Source: Calditrichia bacterium
Lineage (GTDB): Bacteria; Calditrichota; Calditrichia; RBG-13-44-9; J075
Reading direction: 5' to 3'
Assembly (NCBI GenBank): GCA_050633245.1
Contig: JBOEGD010000004.1
Coordinates: forward strand, 141,866-205,865
Length of the DNA: 64,000 nucleotides
Of this stretch, positions 47,137 through 57,297 are shown piece after piece. The position numbers and the translations under genes were made by a program. The notes beneath the pieces were generated by a model. The model was not told the origin of the DNA. It made no database searches and saw nothing but the letters and a program-made list of their open reading frames with translations. Within the stretch, counting starts at the first letter, position 1. Each line of letters opens with the position of its first letter.

Positions 47137-48234
47137 ATGATCACCGCACTGTTTATGCGTTCGATTGCCTTTGGAGGGGCGATTGTTCTACTTTCCGGGT
47201 GTTTTTCATCCGGGCAAAATGCTGTTATGCATCGGGGGAATTCCGGAAATACCGGGGTGATGAAAACTTCCGCTTTGCATACTGAGGCTCAGCCGGCATG
47301 GAAGTTTCATACGGAATCCTGGGTTCGTTCTTCTCCCGCAATGAAGGCAAATACACTGGTCTTTAGCAGCCTGAACGGCATCTTGTATGCCGTTAGCGTT
47401 GACAGTGGCGATCTGAAATGGCGATACAAGGCACCAAGTCGTATCGGCTCTTCCCCGGTTATTAATGGAAATCGCGTTTATACCGGAAGCTTTGATGGCC
47501 GGCTGTATGCGCTCAATCTATTAACTGGAAAACTGGAGTGGCAGTTTAAAACCGGCGGTCGTATCTCCTCGGCACCGGCCGTGCACAATGGTTTATTATA
47601 CGTTGGCAGTTTTGATGGTTTTCTCTATTGCATCGATGAAAAGGGCGAAGAGAAATGGCGTTATAAAACAGAAAATGGCATCAGTTCCTCGCCGGCTATA
47701 GACAAGGGCACCATTTATTTTGGTGGCTGGGACGGTTATCTATACGCATTGAACATGAAGGGCAAACTAAAGTGGCGTTTTGAAACAGGCAATATGATTA
47801 CCTCTGCTCCGGCGATTCACAAAAAGATTGTTACCTTTGGTAATCTGGACGGAAATTTCTTTGCAGTTAATTCCAAAAACGGTGAGAAGTTGTGGGAAAT
47901 GTCTACCAAGGATCAGGTTGTGTCGTCGCCCGCAGTCCACAATGAAACGGTCTTTTTTGGCAGTAAGGACGGCTTTTTTTACGCTTTAGATTTATATACC
48001 GGGTCGCTTCGTTGGCTTTACGAAGCGGGCGTAGCGATAGAGGCCTCTCCTACAATTGCCGAGAGCCTGGTGTATTTTGGCGGTGCTAACGGCAGCTTAT
48101 ACGCGCTCGATACAGAATTCGGTTCGGAAGTTTGGCAATATAAAACCGCAGGCCGGATTCTTTCTGCACCGCTGATTTCTAACAGCATGGTCTATTTTGC
48201 CAGCAAAGACGGTTATGTCTACGCTCTAAAATAG
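47137..48234 (+). CDS. PQQ-like beta-propeller lipoprotein (BamB-like repeats)
   Basis: Lipobox LSGC; about eight W.F.T...I.SSP....VY.GS.DG.LYAL repeats. Confidence 0.85.
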   Translation: MITALFMRSIAFGGAIVLLSGCFSSGQNAVMHRGNSGNTGVMKTSALHTEAQPAWKFHTESWVRSSPAMKANTLVFSSLNGILYAVSVDSGDLKWRYKAPSRIGSSPVINGNRVYTGSFDGRLYALNLLTGKLEWQFKTGGRISSAPAVHNGLLYVGSFDGFLYCIDEKGEEKWRYKTENGISSSPAIDKGTIYFGGWDGYLYALNMKGKLKWRFETGNMITSAPAIHKKIVTFGNLDGNFFAVNSKNGEKLWEMSTKDQVVSSPAVHNETVFFGSKDGFFYALDLYTGSLRWLYEAGVAIEASPTIAESLVYFGGANGSLYALDTEFGSEVWQYKTAGRILSAPLISNSMVYFASKDGYVYALK

Positions 48235-48785
48235 AGATGTAGAATCTGTAAAATGCTACGGTAGACCTGTGGGCTACCGTACTGCAAGAATGACTCTCCC
48301 CATCCTATGTTTTACACTATGGACGCTTTAGTTGAGAAGAGCTTGGTGCTTGAGAGCTCTTCCTGATTGATTAAACAGGTATTTCTGAGCTCTATTTTCC
48401 ATCCGGAACAATTCGTCACGAGTATGGTAAATTAGTTGCAATCAGTTTATTCAATTTATATTGAATTGCAATCCAATCTTCCGTATGTTTCGTAGCTCAA
48501 TAGGAAGCAGTGATGTGTCTCTCTTAAGTCTTTCTGACAGAAGACAGATTCAATAAATAAAAGATGTAAAGTCGTTAATAATCACATCTTTTCCGTATAA
48601 TTCTGCGATTTTATAGCGTCCTGTAAAATTAAGATTAACTTTTTTCAGGATTTTTATCCGGAGTTGCAATCCTTTTAAGTTCTTAATGCTTTCAGACGAC
48701 ACTATAAGGACGTCACACTGCCTAAATGGCAATAACTATTGACTAGAGAATGAAGACTATAGACCTTTTTGATGGAATTATCCGA

Positions 48786-50657
48786 ATGAAAATGCCTCGT
48801 ATCAAACTTATTTTTGCCTTAGTTGCTCTGCTATCGGTGACGTCGCTTTGGGCAAACACCCGTCGTATTGTGGGTGTTGTGCCTTTCGAGAACACCGGAA
48901 CGGTCTCACAGAAATGGATGCAGCGCGGCATAGATGAGGTATTTAACAATAAACTTGGCGAGCTAAGTGCTGTTTCCGTTTTTGAGAAAGAAACGCTTAG
49001 CAGAGTCCTCAAAAATCTTGAAATCGCCGATGCCGGAGTTGTAGATGCACGTCGTGCCTTTTCAATCGGTAAAGATACCGGAATTGAAGTACTCGTTTTA
49101 GGATCTTATCAGATGAATGGTGACAGGCTTTCTATTAGTATGCGGCTCGTGAGCACGTACACCGGGTCTCCCATTTATGATGAAAGCAGAGATATACGTC
49201 TGGAACAGGTGTTTGAAACCTGCGGCAATTTTGTGCGCAAGGGGCTGTCCATTATGCAGATCCCGATTGAAGAGGATGAAGATGAGGTTTTGACTGTGCC
49301 TCTTACGTCTTCGATGCAGGCATTTGAGGCCTATTGCAAAGCATATGATGAAATTGAAAAAGAATCACCGATGGAGAGCATCGCCGGTTATTTCCAGCGG
49401 GCACTTCAGCTGGATCCGAACTTTTGGGAAGCTCAATACAATCTGGGTGTAATCTATTACAATTTTGGTCTATACGACCGGGCACAGCGTCAGTTTAACG
49501 AGGTTATTGAAAAACAGGGACGCTTCTATAAGCCCTACTTTGGTAAAGGCGTTATCAATTATCTGAATAAGAACTATCGCGAAGCGCAGCGTCAGCTTAA
49601 AAAGAGCGTTCAGCTAAAGAACGATCACGACCGTAGTTACTATTATCTGGGTGTTGTTTACTCCGAAATGGACTCCATTAAGAAAGCCATCGAGTATCTT
49701 GAACGCTCCATCGAATTCAATCCCAACTTTGCAAATGCACATTACCAACTGGGCCTTGCTCAGATGAAACGCGGCTGGTATAAAAAGGCAACGACCATAT
49801 TTAATCAAGCTATAAAGTTGAACTCAGACTTCCATCTGGCACACAACGCACTTGGTGAAGCATACTATGCGCTAAACCTCTATGAAGAGTCAACGATCGA
49901 GTTTAACAAGGCAATCAAGATTAAGCCTAATTATGCAACCGCATATTTTAACCTCGGTAATGCTACGTATAAGCGTGGAGCGTTGGAAGAGATTGTGGAT
50001 GCCTTCTGGTCGCTTCTCGAAGGTCAATACATCGAAGAAGATGGCACGAACGGAACCAACGGCACCAATGGTAGCGATTCACCTCTGTTAGGTCTTGAGC
50101 ATCTTCGTGAGAAGTCCCGTATTGAAGACTCTGATAATATTCTTCGCAGAATGGTAAATGCTTATCGCACCGCCCTGCAGTATGACAAACGTTTTTACGA
50201 GGCGAGTTATAATCTCGGTCTGACATATGAGAACCTCAGCCGACCAGACAGCTCCGAATTCTTCTATCAAATGGCAATTGCGCAGAAATCCGATCTCTCT
50301 CAGGCCCATATGCGTCTTGGTAAAATCTATGAGCAGCAGAAGAAATACACCCTTGCTCTGGAGTCTTTTAAAAAGGTCGTCAGCATCGATCCGGACTATT
50401 TCGTTGCGAACCCCAAGCTTGGTGAGCCGTATCGCTATGTAAATATTATTGAACTGGTGTTGAAAGAAAATCAAACGCGTTTGGACAACGATCCGCAGAA
50501 TAGGGAAGCTCTCACTGTTATCGGTAAGATATATCTCAGCCTGGGACGTTTTGGCCAAGCAGAGCAGTATTATGAGCAGCTGGTTGCAACAAACCCGGAT
50601 GACTCAGGTGCGCAACGTACGCTTCGACGTATTCGCAGACAACTGCGCAAGCTGTAA
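48786..50657 (+). CDS. Exported multi-TPR protein with N-terminal TolB-N/CsgG-like domain
   Basis: Signal peptide; VVPFEN...GSYQ..GDRLSISMRLV; more than ten TPRs (AQYNLG, AHYQLG, AYFNLG); alternative start 48750. Confidence 0.8.
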   Translation: MKMPRIKLIFALVALLSVTSLWANTRRIVGVVPFENTGTVSQKWMQRGIDEVFNNKLGELSAVSVFEKETLSRVLKNLEIADAGVVDARRAFSIGKDTGIEVLVLGSYQMNGDRLSISMRLVSTYTGSPIYDESRDIRLEQVFETCGNFVRKGLSIMQIPIEEDEDEVLTVPLTSSMQAFEAYCKAYDEIEKESPMESIAGYFQRALQLDPNFWEAQYNLGVIYYNFGLYDRAQRQFNEVIEKQGRFYKPYFGKGVINYLNKNYREAQRQLKKSVQLKNDHDRSYYYLGVVYSEMDSIKKAIEYLERSIEFNPNFANAHYQLGLAQMKRGWYKKATTIFNQAIKLNSDFHLAHNALGEAYYALNLYEESTIEFNKAIKIKPNYATAYFNLGNATYKRGALEEIVDAFWSLLEGQYIEEDGTNGTNGTNGSDSPLLGLEHLREKSRIEDSDNILRRMVNAYRTALQYDKRFYEASYNLGLTYENLSRPDSSEFFYQMAIAQKSDLSQAHMRLGKIYEQQKKYTLALESFKKVVSIDPDYFVANPKLGEPYRYVNIIELVLKENQTRLDNDPQNREALTVIGKIYLSLGRFGQAEQYYEQLVATNPDDSGAQRTLRRIRRQLRKL

Positions 50658-50912
50658 ACGTTATTGACCCCACTCGTGCCGGTGGCCCGGCACGCCTCCC
50701 AACCCATCCTTCATAAAAAGCACCTCAACTTGCCCATATTTAGCAAACCTAAGCAGATTTTGTCGTCAAACGCTGCCAAAATTGCCCAAATAAATAGACC
50801 ACCGTCACATCTGGATGGTCATGTGATGACCCTCACGGTTTAACCCTGCTCTCAAAAGCTACATTGATTTCGACGCTAAGGAGGCTCAGTTTAGATAGAA
50901 GGGAAACCACAG

Positions 50913-51281
50913 ATGTACGAGATTGAAGCAGTACGACAGGATGATGTTTGCTTGAAATTTCGTTGGTTCACCACGATGGATTGTGATTTATATTTGTGGG
51001 AGAATCCGCAAACAAGCGAGATAGAACGATTTCAATTCTGTTTCGATAAAGACTTTGACGAGAAGATTATAGAGTGGGATTCAAGTTCCGAGCGGCTTGT
51101 CCATGCTGAAGTCGATTCCAGTGGTGGCGGACGGTTTCGCGGGGCGGCAATTTTTCGACGCGGCGGAGATCTCGACCTTTCTTATGTCGTTCATCTCTTT
51201 CAGGAAAAAGCAGAAGGATTGGACAAGAAGATCTGGCGCTTTGTTACCAAGCGTCTGCGAGAACGTCTTCCACGGCGCTAA
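50913..51281 (+). CDS. Conserved-looking hypothetical protein
   Basis: RBS aaggga; VRQ...RWFT...DLYLW...FQFCFDK pattern; overlaps the stop of the convergent gene. Confidence 0.6.
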   Translation: MYEIEAVRQDDVCLKFRWFTTMDCDLYLWENPQTSEIERFQFCFDKDFDEKIIEWDSSSERLVHAEVDSSGGGRFRGAAIFRRGGDLDLSYVVHLFQEKAEGLDKKIWRFVTKRLRERLPRR

Positions 51282-52303
51282 CGTGGCGCTTCAATAGACT
51301 TCAGGCTCTCTAATAATGCGGTTGCCTCTGAAAACTCCGGGTAGCGCCGCATGCACTCCAAAGACATTTCTACAGCACTCGATATATAGCCCACATATTT
51401 TTTACTACCAAATCGACGATAGTTATAGGCAAATGCTCCTGCATCGTGAAGCTTGCGCTGAATGATGGAATAATCAACATATTTTTGGTATTCCTGTTTG
51501 TCCCAGTTCACGCCAAAATTTGATAGATGTTGCCTGTAGGCTTCAACTAATTCTGCTCTAAAATCAGGAGTCAAATCGATATAGGAATCCCATGCAATCG
51601 ATACCAGATCGTAAACAGGTGATCCAAAGCGGGCGTCCTGAAAGTCAATTATGGTAAAGCTGTCTTTTTTCTCATCATAAAAAAGATTACTGCTCTGAAA
51701 GTCTCGATGGACGAACAGTGGATATGAAATATCGAGAAATGTTGAAATAAGATCACCAAATCGCAGTATTAGCTCTTTGTGTTCCGGCTGTTTGTAGTAG
51801 AAAGACAGAAGTTGTTTTTGCAAATGGAAGTTAAATTCGAACATGTACTTCTCATGATCGAATCGTCTGGTAAAGGCAGGGCAGTGAGTTTCCATCTTAC
51901 ATTTATGCTGCATCTCTGCCATAAACTCGATGAGCTTTAAGTAGACGTCTTTTTTGTTTGCCGGATTGCCGTGCATGTATTGTTCAAGAGTCGGGAGATG
52001 CTTAAACTCGACAAATACCCATCCCTGAGCGCGGTTCATCTCATAAACGCGCGGTGTCGCAACACCCATGCGTTTTAGATAATAATCGACATTCACATAA
52101 TTGTCCATCATTGTAAGGTCGGGTTGTGGAATGGACATGAGCAGGACAGTGTTGTCTGGAAAGTAGGTTGGTGAAGAAAAATCGATGCGATAATAATTGC
52201 GCGAAGAGGCGCCACCGGGCAGTTTGCTTATCTCTGCAATTTCGGCATTAAGAAACGACGCGAGATTCTCGCGCAGTTCCTGGTAGGTCTCGGAAGAGGT
52301 CAT
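51278..52303 (-). CDS. Phosphotransferase (APH family), AmgK-like anomeric MurNAc/GlcNAc kinase
   Basis: GGASSRNYYR, HRDFQSSNL, IIDFQDARFGSPVYDLVS, IQRKLH..GAF. Confidence 0.7.
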   Translation of the reverse strand: MTSSETYQELRENLASFLNAEIAEISKLPGGASSRNYYRIDFSSPTYFPDNTVLLMSIPQPDLTMMDNYVNVDYYLKRMGVATPRVYEMNRAQGWVFVEFKHLPTLEQYMHGNPANKKDVYLKLIEFMAEMQHKCKMETHCPAFTRRFDHEKYMFEFNFHLQKQLLSFYYKQPEHKELILRFGDLISTFLDISYPLFVHRDFQSSNLFYDEKKDSFTIIDFQDARFGSPVYDLVSIAWDSYIDLTPDFRAELVEAYRQHLSNFGVNWDKQEYQKYVDYSIIQRKLHDAGAFAYNYRRFGSKKYVGYISSAVEMSLECMRRYPEFSEATALLESLKSIEAPR

Positions 52304-52311
52304 GTTTTTTA

Positions 52312-52806
52312 TTATCCTTTGTTGCTCAATGCAAGCTGTTGTAAAGCATCTCCGTCAAGGCGATAGGTCTCCCAGCCATCCAGCGAGCTCGCACCAAGTG
52401 CCTGGTAAAAGTTGATGGCAGGTTCATTCCAGTCCAGAACATTCCACTCCATTCGCGCACAGTCTTTTTTAACGGCAATAGCAGCAAGCGCAGCTAAGAG
52501 TGAGACGCCAATTTTGTTGCCACGCATGGCAGGGTCGACAAATAAATCTTCAAGGTGTAGTGTAGGGCGTCCGGTAAATGTGGAAAACTTATAAAAATAG
52601 AGCGCAAAGCCAACCGCTTTATTTTCCGATATGGCCAAAAGGGCATCGTAAATGCTATTCTCACCAAAGCCGTATTTGCTAAACTGCTCTTCTGTACCAA
52701 CGAATTCATGTTCAAGCTTCTCATAGATCGCAAGGTCGCGTACCAGGCGAATTAAATCCGGAACGTCATTTTGGGTTGCATTGCGTATTTGAAACGTGTT
52801 TTTCAT
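52312..52806 (-). CDS. GNAT acetyltransferase (spermidine/diamine N1-acetyltransferase-like)
   Basis: LAIYEKL, FSTFTGRPTLHLEDLFV, RMEWNVLDWNEPAINFY. Confidence 0.88.
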   Translation of the reverse strand: MKNTFQIRNATQNDVPDLIRLVRDLAIYEKLEHEFVGTEEQFSKYGFGENSIYDALLAISENKAVGFALYFYKFSTFTGRPTLHLEDLFVDPAMRGNKIGVSLLAALAAIAVKKDCARMEWNVLDWNEPAINFYQALGASSLDGWETYRLDGDALQQLALSNKG

Positions 52807-52807
52807 C

Positions 52808-55177
52808 TTATTTTACCAGTAATATTTTACGAACCGCGTTTTGAAGCCCTGAATTAGTTTTTGCCTGCAATCGCACATAGTAAATCCCGCTGCCGATATC
52901 TTCTCCGTCATCGCTGCGAGCGTCCCAAGAATAGCGATGTTCGCCGGCAGCAAGTTGAGCACTAATAATCGTGCGCACTTCTTGTCCCAGCTGATTGTAT
53001 ATGTTCATCTCAACAAAACCTGATTCTTCCAGATAGAATGGAATCAGAGTTGTTCCATTAAAGGGGTTGGGATAATTTTGCGCCAGTTGAAAACTCTTTA
53101 TGGAGTGTGTATTTGGATCTAGTCCTGTTGGTGAGCCGTTGCTGGTACCGGGAGACGGGGACGTTATCGAAATAAATCCGACAGCACCATCCTGTGGTCT
53201 GCCGAACGAAATATCTGTTTCCTGAAGTCCAAAAGATATGGTGTCTACCACCGAAGAGTCTGCAGCAAAAATTCCGATTTGTTCACCGTCTTTGTCCAAC
53301 TTAAATGGCGCGTGGACGGCGCCCTGAGTTGGATCGTCGTCGGCCCAGATTAGCAGAAACTCACCGGGTGCTATGGTTCGATTAGGCAGTTGCCATTTTC
53401 GAGGGAGATTGAAATTGTCGCTGAGGTAAAAGTCCTCGAGCGAAATGGCTATGCTGTCTCCATTGAATATTTCAACCCAGTCGTCAAATTCTCCGAAAGG
53501 ATCAGCAATTGTTGTACTATTGCTGGCCATAAATTCGTTGATAAATAATTTTGGCTGCTCTGATCGAAGCGGAATTGAATAGACGGTTTGTGGTGCATTA
53601 AACGGATCCCGTGCCAGTCTACTCTCTGAGTCTCGTCCGGAAACATAAAATGCCAGATCACTCGGCTGAGTCAATGCAGGAATTGTCGCACCATATATAC
53701 CATCATTTGCTTCTCTATCGCCACTCAATCCATCGTCGCGCATTTCTATGGCTGTTTGCCACAGGTTATTGATGCTATAATAGAGCTGCATTGTTACCAC
53801 AGCATCTTCATCTTCAACGAAAGTCGTTACTAAAATGGGGTCGTTCAGGTCTGGCGCAGAAGGTGAATAGGTCGTTTGAGAAATAATTGGCGGAATGTTA
53901 TTCAAAACCAGTTGGCTGTTTATTGAATTGCTTCTTGTTCCGATATAGGTCGTAATTCCATAGGTGACGTGTCCACCAAGGCTTTGTCCGTAGGAGTCCA
54001 GAAAGTCTTGATAAGTAAAGCCGTAATCGAGCGTGCGATAGATATCATCCAATGCCGCCGGAGCCAGTAGATCACGTGTCGCGTAGGCCTTTGGAAACAA
54101 AATACCTGCATTAAAGTGGTCGTCTGTCAGTTGCTTTAGATAGAATGAAAAGCGATCACGGAATATGTCGACGTCTAAAATACGTTCTGCCAAAGCCCGT
54201 TGAGTGCTTTTACCCCAATTGTAGATGTCGCGATTTCCCCAATCAACACCGGGCTGTATGCCATCCCACCAAATACCAAATGTATTGTCCAGATCGAATA
54301 TTATATACTCGAACTTACCCGTTGCCGGATTGTTGTAAAGGTAATAGTTGTTTTTATTGAACCAGTAATTATCCCAGTGTCCAATTGCAATCTCCAGCGC
54401 TAGTGCTTTAAGATAGCCGTTTACGTTGAATACGTTTTGAATCGCACTTGCAAAACTACCGTCGGGAGTAAGGTTCAATACGTCTATAAAGTGTGCCAGA
54501 TCGCTATAGTCATCTGCAACACGATTGGTCTTTAGATCATATGTTCGTCTACCTCCAGATTGAAACTTGTAGACATCCGGGTCATTGCCTCGCCAGGTAA
54601 GATCTGCTGGCCAAAGGCACTTGTAGAGGTTGCCGGAGTCATTTTCAAATCGTGCTTTGATAAAATTTTCGTCGATTTGCTCAACGTGAATATAGACACC
54701 ATAATAACTTCCATTGATATAAAGCTGTGAATAATGAGTACGTGCAGCATTTAGTCCATAGCTTTTTGCCAACTCCCAGCTCAGGCGGCTTCGCGCGATG
54801 CTGGGGTCGTTGTGTTCTCCATTCAAATTAATCTTTTCAAGACCGAGATATTTTCTACCGGCTTCAAAGGAATTAATAGAGATCTTGAACGACTTCTTCT
54901 CGGCCGCACGTGAGGTATTGCCGCGCAGGCGAAAACCAATGTTGGGCAGCGTATCGTCAAGCGTGGTGCTGCGAACAATAACCGAAGCAGGGTATTCGTG
55001 GTCGCTCCATGGATCATTAAAAATAGCTGCAAGTGAGTCCGGATCGATGGTTACCTCAAACGACACAATTGACTCGTCTTGAAATAACGGATGCTCCGGA
55101 AGCAACTGTGCGCTAAGGGAGAAGGGGAGTAGCAGTACTGTAAGAGCGATGATGCACAGCAAAATATATGACTTCAT
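52808..55177 (-). CDS. Secreted CotH-family kinase with lamin-tail domain and T9SS-type tail
   Basis: GFRLRGNTSR..KKSFK, EHNDPS, WDNY..NKNNYYLY, DLDNTFG; INEFMASN...DWVEIFN (LTD); QNYPNPFN. Confidence 0.85.
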   Translation of the reverse strand: MKSYILLCIIALTVLLLPFSLSAQLLPEHPLFQDESIVSFEVTIDPDSLAAIFNDPWSDHEYPASVIVRSTTLDDTLPNIGFRLRGNTSRAAEKKSFKISINSFEAGRKYLGLEKINLNGEHNDPSIARSRLSWELAKSYGLNAARTHYSQLYINGSYYGVYIHVEQIDENFIKARFENDSGNLYKCLWPADLTWRGNDPDVYKFQSGGRRTYDLKTNRVADDYSDLAHFIDVLNLTPDGSFASAIQNVFNVNGYLKALALEIAIGHWDNYWFNKNNYYLYNNPATGKFEYIIFDLDNTFGIWWDGIQPGVDWGNRDIYNWGKSTQRALAERILDVDIFRDRFSFYLKQLTDDHFNAGILFPKAYATRDLLAPAALDDIYRTLDYGFTYQDFLDSYGQSLGGHVTYGITTYIGTRSNSINSQLVLNNIPPIISQTTYSPSAPDLNDPILVTTFVEDEDAVVTMQLYYSINNLWQTAIEMRDDGLSGDREANDGIYGATIPALTQPSDLAFYVSGRDSESRLARDPFNAPQTVYSIPLRSEQPKLFINEFMASNSTTIADPFGEFDDWVEIFNGDSIAISLEDFYLSDNFNLPRKWQLPNRTIAPGEFLLIWADDDPTQGAVHAPFKLDKDGEQIGIFAADSSVVDTISFGLQETDISFGRPQDGAVGFISITSPSPGTSNGSPTGLDPNTHSIKSFQLAQNYPNPFNGTTLIPFYLEESGFVEMNIYNQLGQEVRTIISAQLAAGEHRYSWDARSDDGEDIGSGIYYVRLQAKTNSGLQNAVRKILLVK

Positions 55178-55298
55178 AAGACACCTCACTAAAAATCATT
55201 GTAGAATAGCTGGAAGCGTGAAAAGCGCCGGAGGTTCAGATTCGTAGAGTCCGGCAAGGCGTTTAATCATCTCCAAAAACTGTGCAAAATTACTTACT

Positions 55299-55346
55299 CA
55301 ATTGAAGGCAGTCAAGCGGATTGTCGCTTAATACTGCCTTCAATTG
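55299..55346. terminator. Long hairpin after the TRAP operon
   Basis: caattgaaggcagt...actgccttcaattg. Confidence 0.65.
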
Positions 55347-55363
55347 TTCTAAACCGCGTTGTT

Positions 55364-56644
55364 TTATTCCGGAATAAAAATGTCTACCAGGAACAAGCTA
55401 AGTTCAGGCACATAAGTAATAATCATCAGTGCAATAAGAAGGATTATGAGAAAGGGAAAAGAGGCTGAATACAGCTGCGTGATTGGCTTACCAAAGCGGA
55501 AACTCGATATAAACAGATTGATTCCAACAGGAGGCGTAATATAGCCGATCTCAAGATTTGTCAGGAAAATGATACCAAGATGCACCGGGTCGACGCCATA
55601 GTTAATCGCTATTGGAATGATAAGCGGGACGATGACCAAAATGGCTGAAAAGATGTCCATTAAAGCGCCGACAATAAGCAGGAAGATATTCAGCATTAAC
55701 AAGAACACGATCTTACTGTCAACGTATTGCTTCATAAAGTCTAGAATGGCCGTGGGAATTTCGGCGTCAATCATGTAGTTGGCCATACCAAGTGCAGCGC
55801 CGAGGATAACCAGAATACCACCTACCAGAACCATGCTTTCTTTCATGATGTTCGGTAGATCTTTAGTCAGACTGATATCACGGTAAATAAATACTTCTAC
55901 AATCAGCACATAAAATGCAGTTACAGCTGCAGCCTCGGTTGCGGTAAAAAAGCCGCCGTAAATGCCGACTAAGATCAACAATGGAAGAGGCAACTCCCAA
56001 ATTGCTCCCTTGGTCGCTTTCCAGGCCCTGCTAAACTCGAATGGCACTGTTGCTACTTTTTGATCCTTTATATACCAGATGCTGTAGGCTGAAAGAAGCA
56101 CAATTAACAGAGTTCCGGGAATAAGGCCGGCAAGAAAGAGTTTGTCAATGCTCACTTCAGCGATGAGCCCGTAAACGATAATTGGTAAACTTGGAGGGAA
56201 TAGCATTCCCAGATTGCCGGATGTTGTGATCATTCCCAGCGTGAATTTTTCCGGATAGCTCTCCTTTATCAGCATAGGATAGAGAAGGCCGCCCAAAGCG
56301 ATAATAGTAACTCCTGAAGCGCCGGTAAATGCAGTGAACAGGGCGCAGGAGGTTAATGCTACAATTGAAAGCCCACCTGGTATCCAGCCAAATATGGCTT
56401 GTGCAAAGTCGATTAGCCGCTTGGGTGCATTACTCTCGGCAAGCATATAGCCTGCGAGGGTAAATAAAGGAATAGCCAATAGCACCGGTTGGCTTGCCAG
56501 TCGGTACAGGTCGACAATTACCGTGGCAAGGCTGGTGCCGTCGAAATGCCATGCCAGTAGCGCAATGGCACTGATAATTGCAAATAGCGGTGTGCCGTAA
56601 ATGGCCAGGAGAATTAACACGATTGTAATAAGAAAAGTTGTCAT
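55364..56644 (-). CDS. dctM: TRAP transporter large permease
   Basis: LLAIPLFTLAG, LFPPSLP, TATEAAA, DPVHLGIIF, TPPVGINLF. Confidence 0.92.
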   Translation of the reverse strand: MTTFLITIVLILLAIYGTPLFAIISAIALLAWHFDGTSLATVIVDLYRLASQPVLLAIPLFTLAGYMLAESNAPKRLIDFAQAIFGWIPGGLSIVALTSCALFTAFTGASGVTIIALGGLLYPMLIKESYPEKFTLGMITTSGNLGMLFPPSLPIIVYGLIAEVSIDKLFLAGLIPGTLLIVLLSAYSIWYIKDQKVATVPFEFSRAWKATKGAIWELPLPLLILVGIYGGFFTATEAAAVTAFYVLIVEVFIYRDISLTKDLPNIMKESMVLVGGILVILGAALGMANYMIDAEIPTAILDFMKQYVDSKIVFLLMLNIFLLIVGALMDIFSAILVIVPLIIPIAINYGVDPVHLGIIFLTNLEIGYITPPVGINLFISSFRFGKPITQLYSASFPFLIILLIALMIITYVPELSLFLVDIFIPE

Positions 56645-56695
56645 AACGTGGTCTGTCCGGTTTCAGGGATTTAGTTTAAGGCATTTGACGGCTTT

Positions 56696-57217
56696 TTAGC
56701 GAACGCTCTCTGGCGTAAATTCTTCCGGCTCTTCCTGCTCAATACCGAGAAAGCGCTCTACTATCTTTAGAAAAAAGCGGAAACCGATAAGTGCGAAGCC
56801 TATCGGTATTATCATTTGAAACGGCCATGCCGGAACCTCATTAAACAGAATGGTCTCGTATTCAATTTCTGCTTGTAAAAATACCCACCCTGCTTTAGCC
56901 AGGACGCCGCAAATAAACAACGTCGCTAAATCAATAATTGAAGCGACGTATTTCATCAATTTCGGGGGGGTATATCGCTTCATTAGATCTATGCGAATGT
57001 GCTTGTTCTTTCGCGTCGCGATTGAGGCACCGAGAAAGCCAACCCATAGCACAAGGTGTCTTAAGAAAATTTCTCCCCAAAGAAAACCTTCCTGAAAAAC
57101 GTTGCGAAGAACTACTTGGTAGAATGCCAGAAGAACCATTGCTGTGACAATGGCGATAACAAGGCCGTTTTCGATCCAGCCCAAGAGGCGATCGACGCTT
57201 TTTACGAGTGTTTCCAT
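56696..57217 (-). CDS. dctQ: TRAP transporter small permease
   Basis: QVVLRN, LWVGFLGASIATR..KHIRID; four TM helices. Confidence 0.88.
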   Translation of the reverse strand: METLVKSVDRLLGWIENGLVIAIVTAMVLLAFYQVVLRNVFQEGFLWGEIFLRHLVLWVGFLGASIATRKNKHIRIDLMKRYTPPKLMKYVASIIDLATLFICGVLAKAGWVFLQAEIEYETILFNEVPAWPFQMIIPIGFALIGFRFFLKIVERFLGIEQEEPEEFTPESVR

Positions 57218-57252
57218 GCTTTTGGTTCCGATAGGAATAAGGTGTGACAAAT

Positions 57253-57282
57253 AAAAAGGCGACGCGAGTTAACGCGCCGCCT
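57253..57282 (-). terminator. Intercistronic terminator-like hairpin after dctP
   Basis: Minus strand aggcggcgcg-ttaact-cgcgtcgcct-ttttA. Confidence 0.65.
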
Positions 57283-57297
57283 GAATTTTTTATACCG

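Noticed and set aside
47137-48234. Calling the PQQ-repeat lipoprotein bamB
   Set aside because: Highly regular generic propeller repeats and no bam/der gene context; orthology cannot be supported
48726-48743. TGGCAATAACTATTGAC as a sigma54 promoter for the TPR gene
   Set aside because: Spacing is one base too long and the motif sits too close to the first ATG
50043-50075. GTN-GTN-GTN-GS peptide repeat in the TPR protein
   Set aside because: Short low-complexity linker with synonymous divergence; no sign of a phase-variable tract
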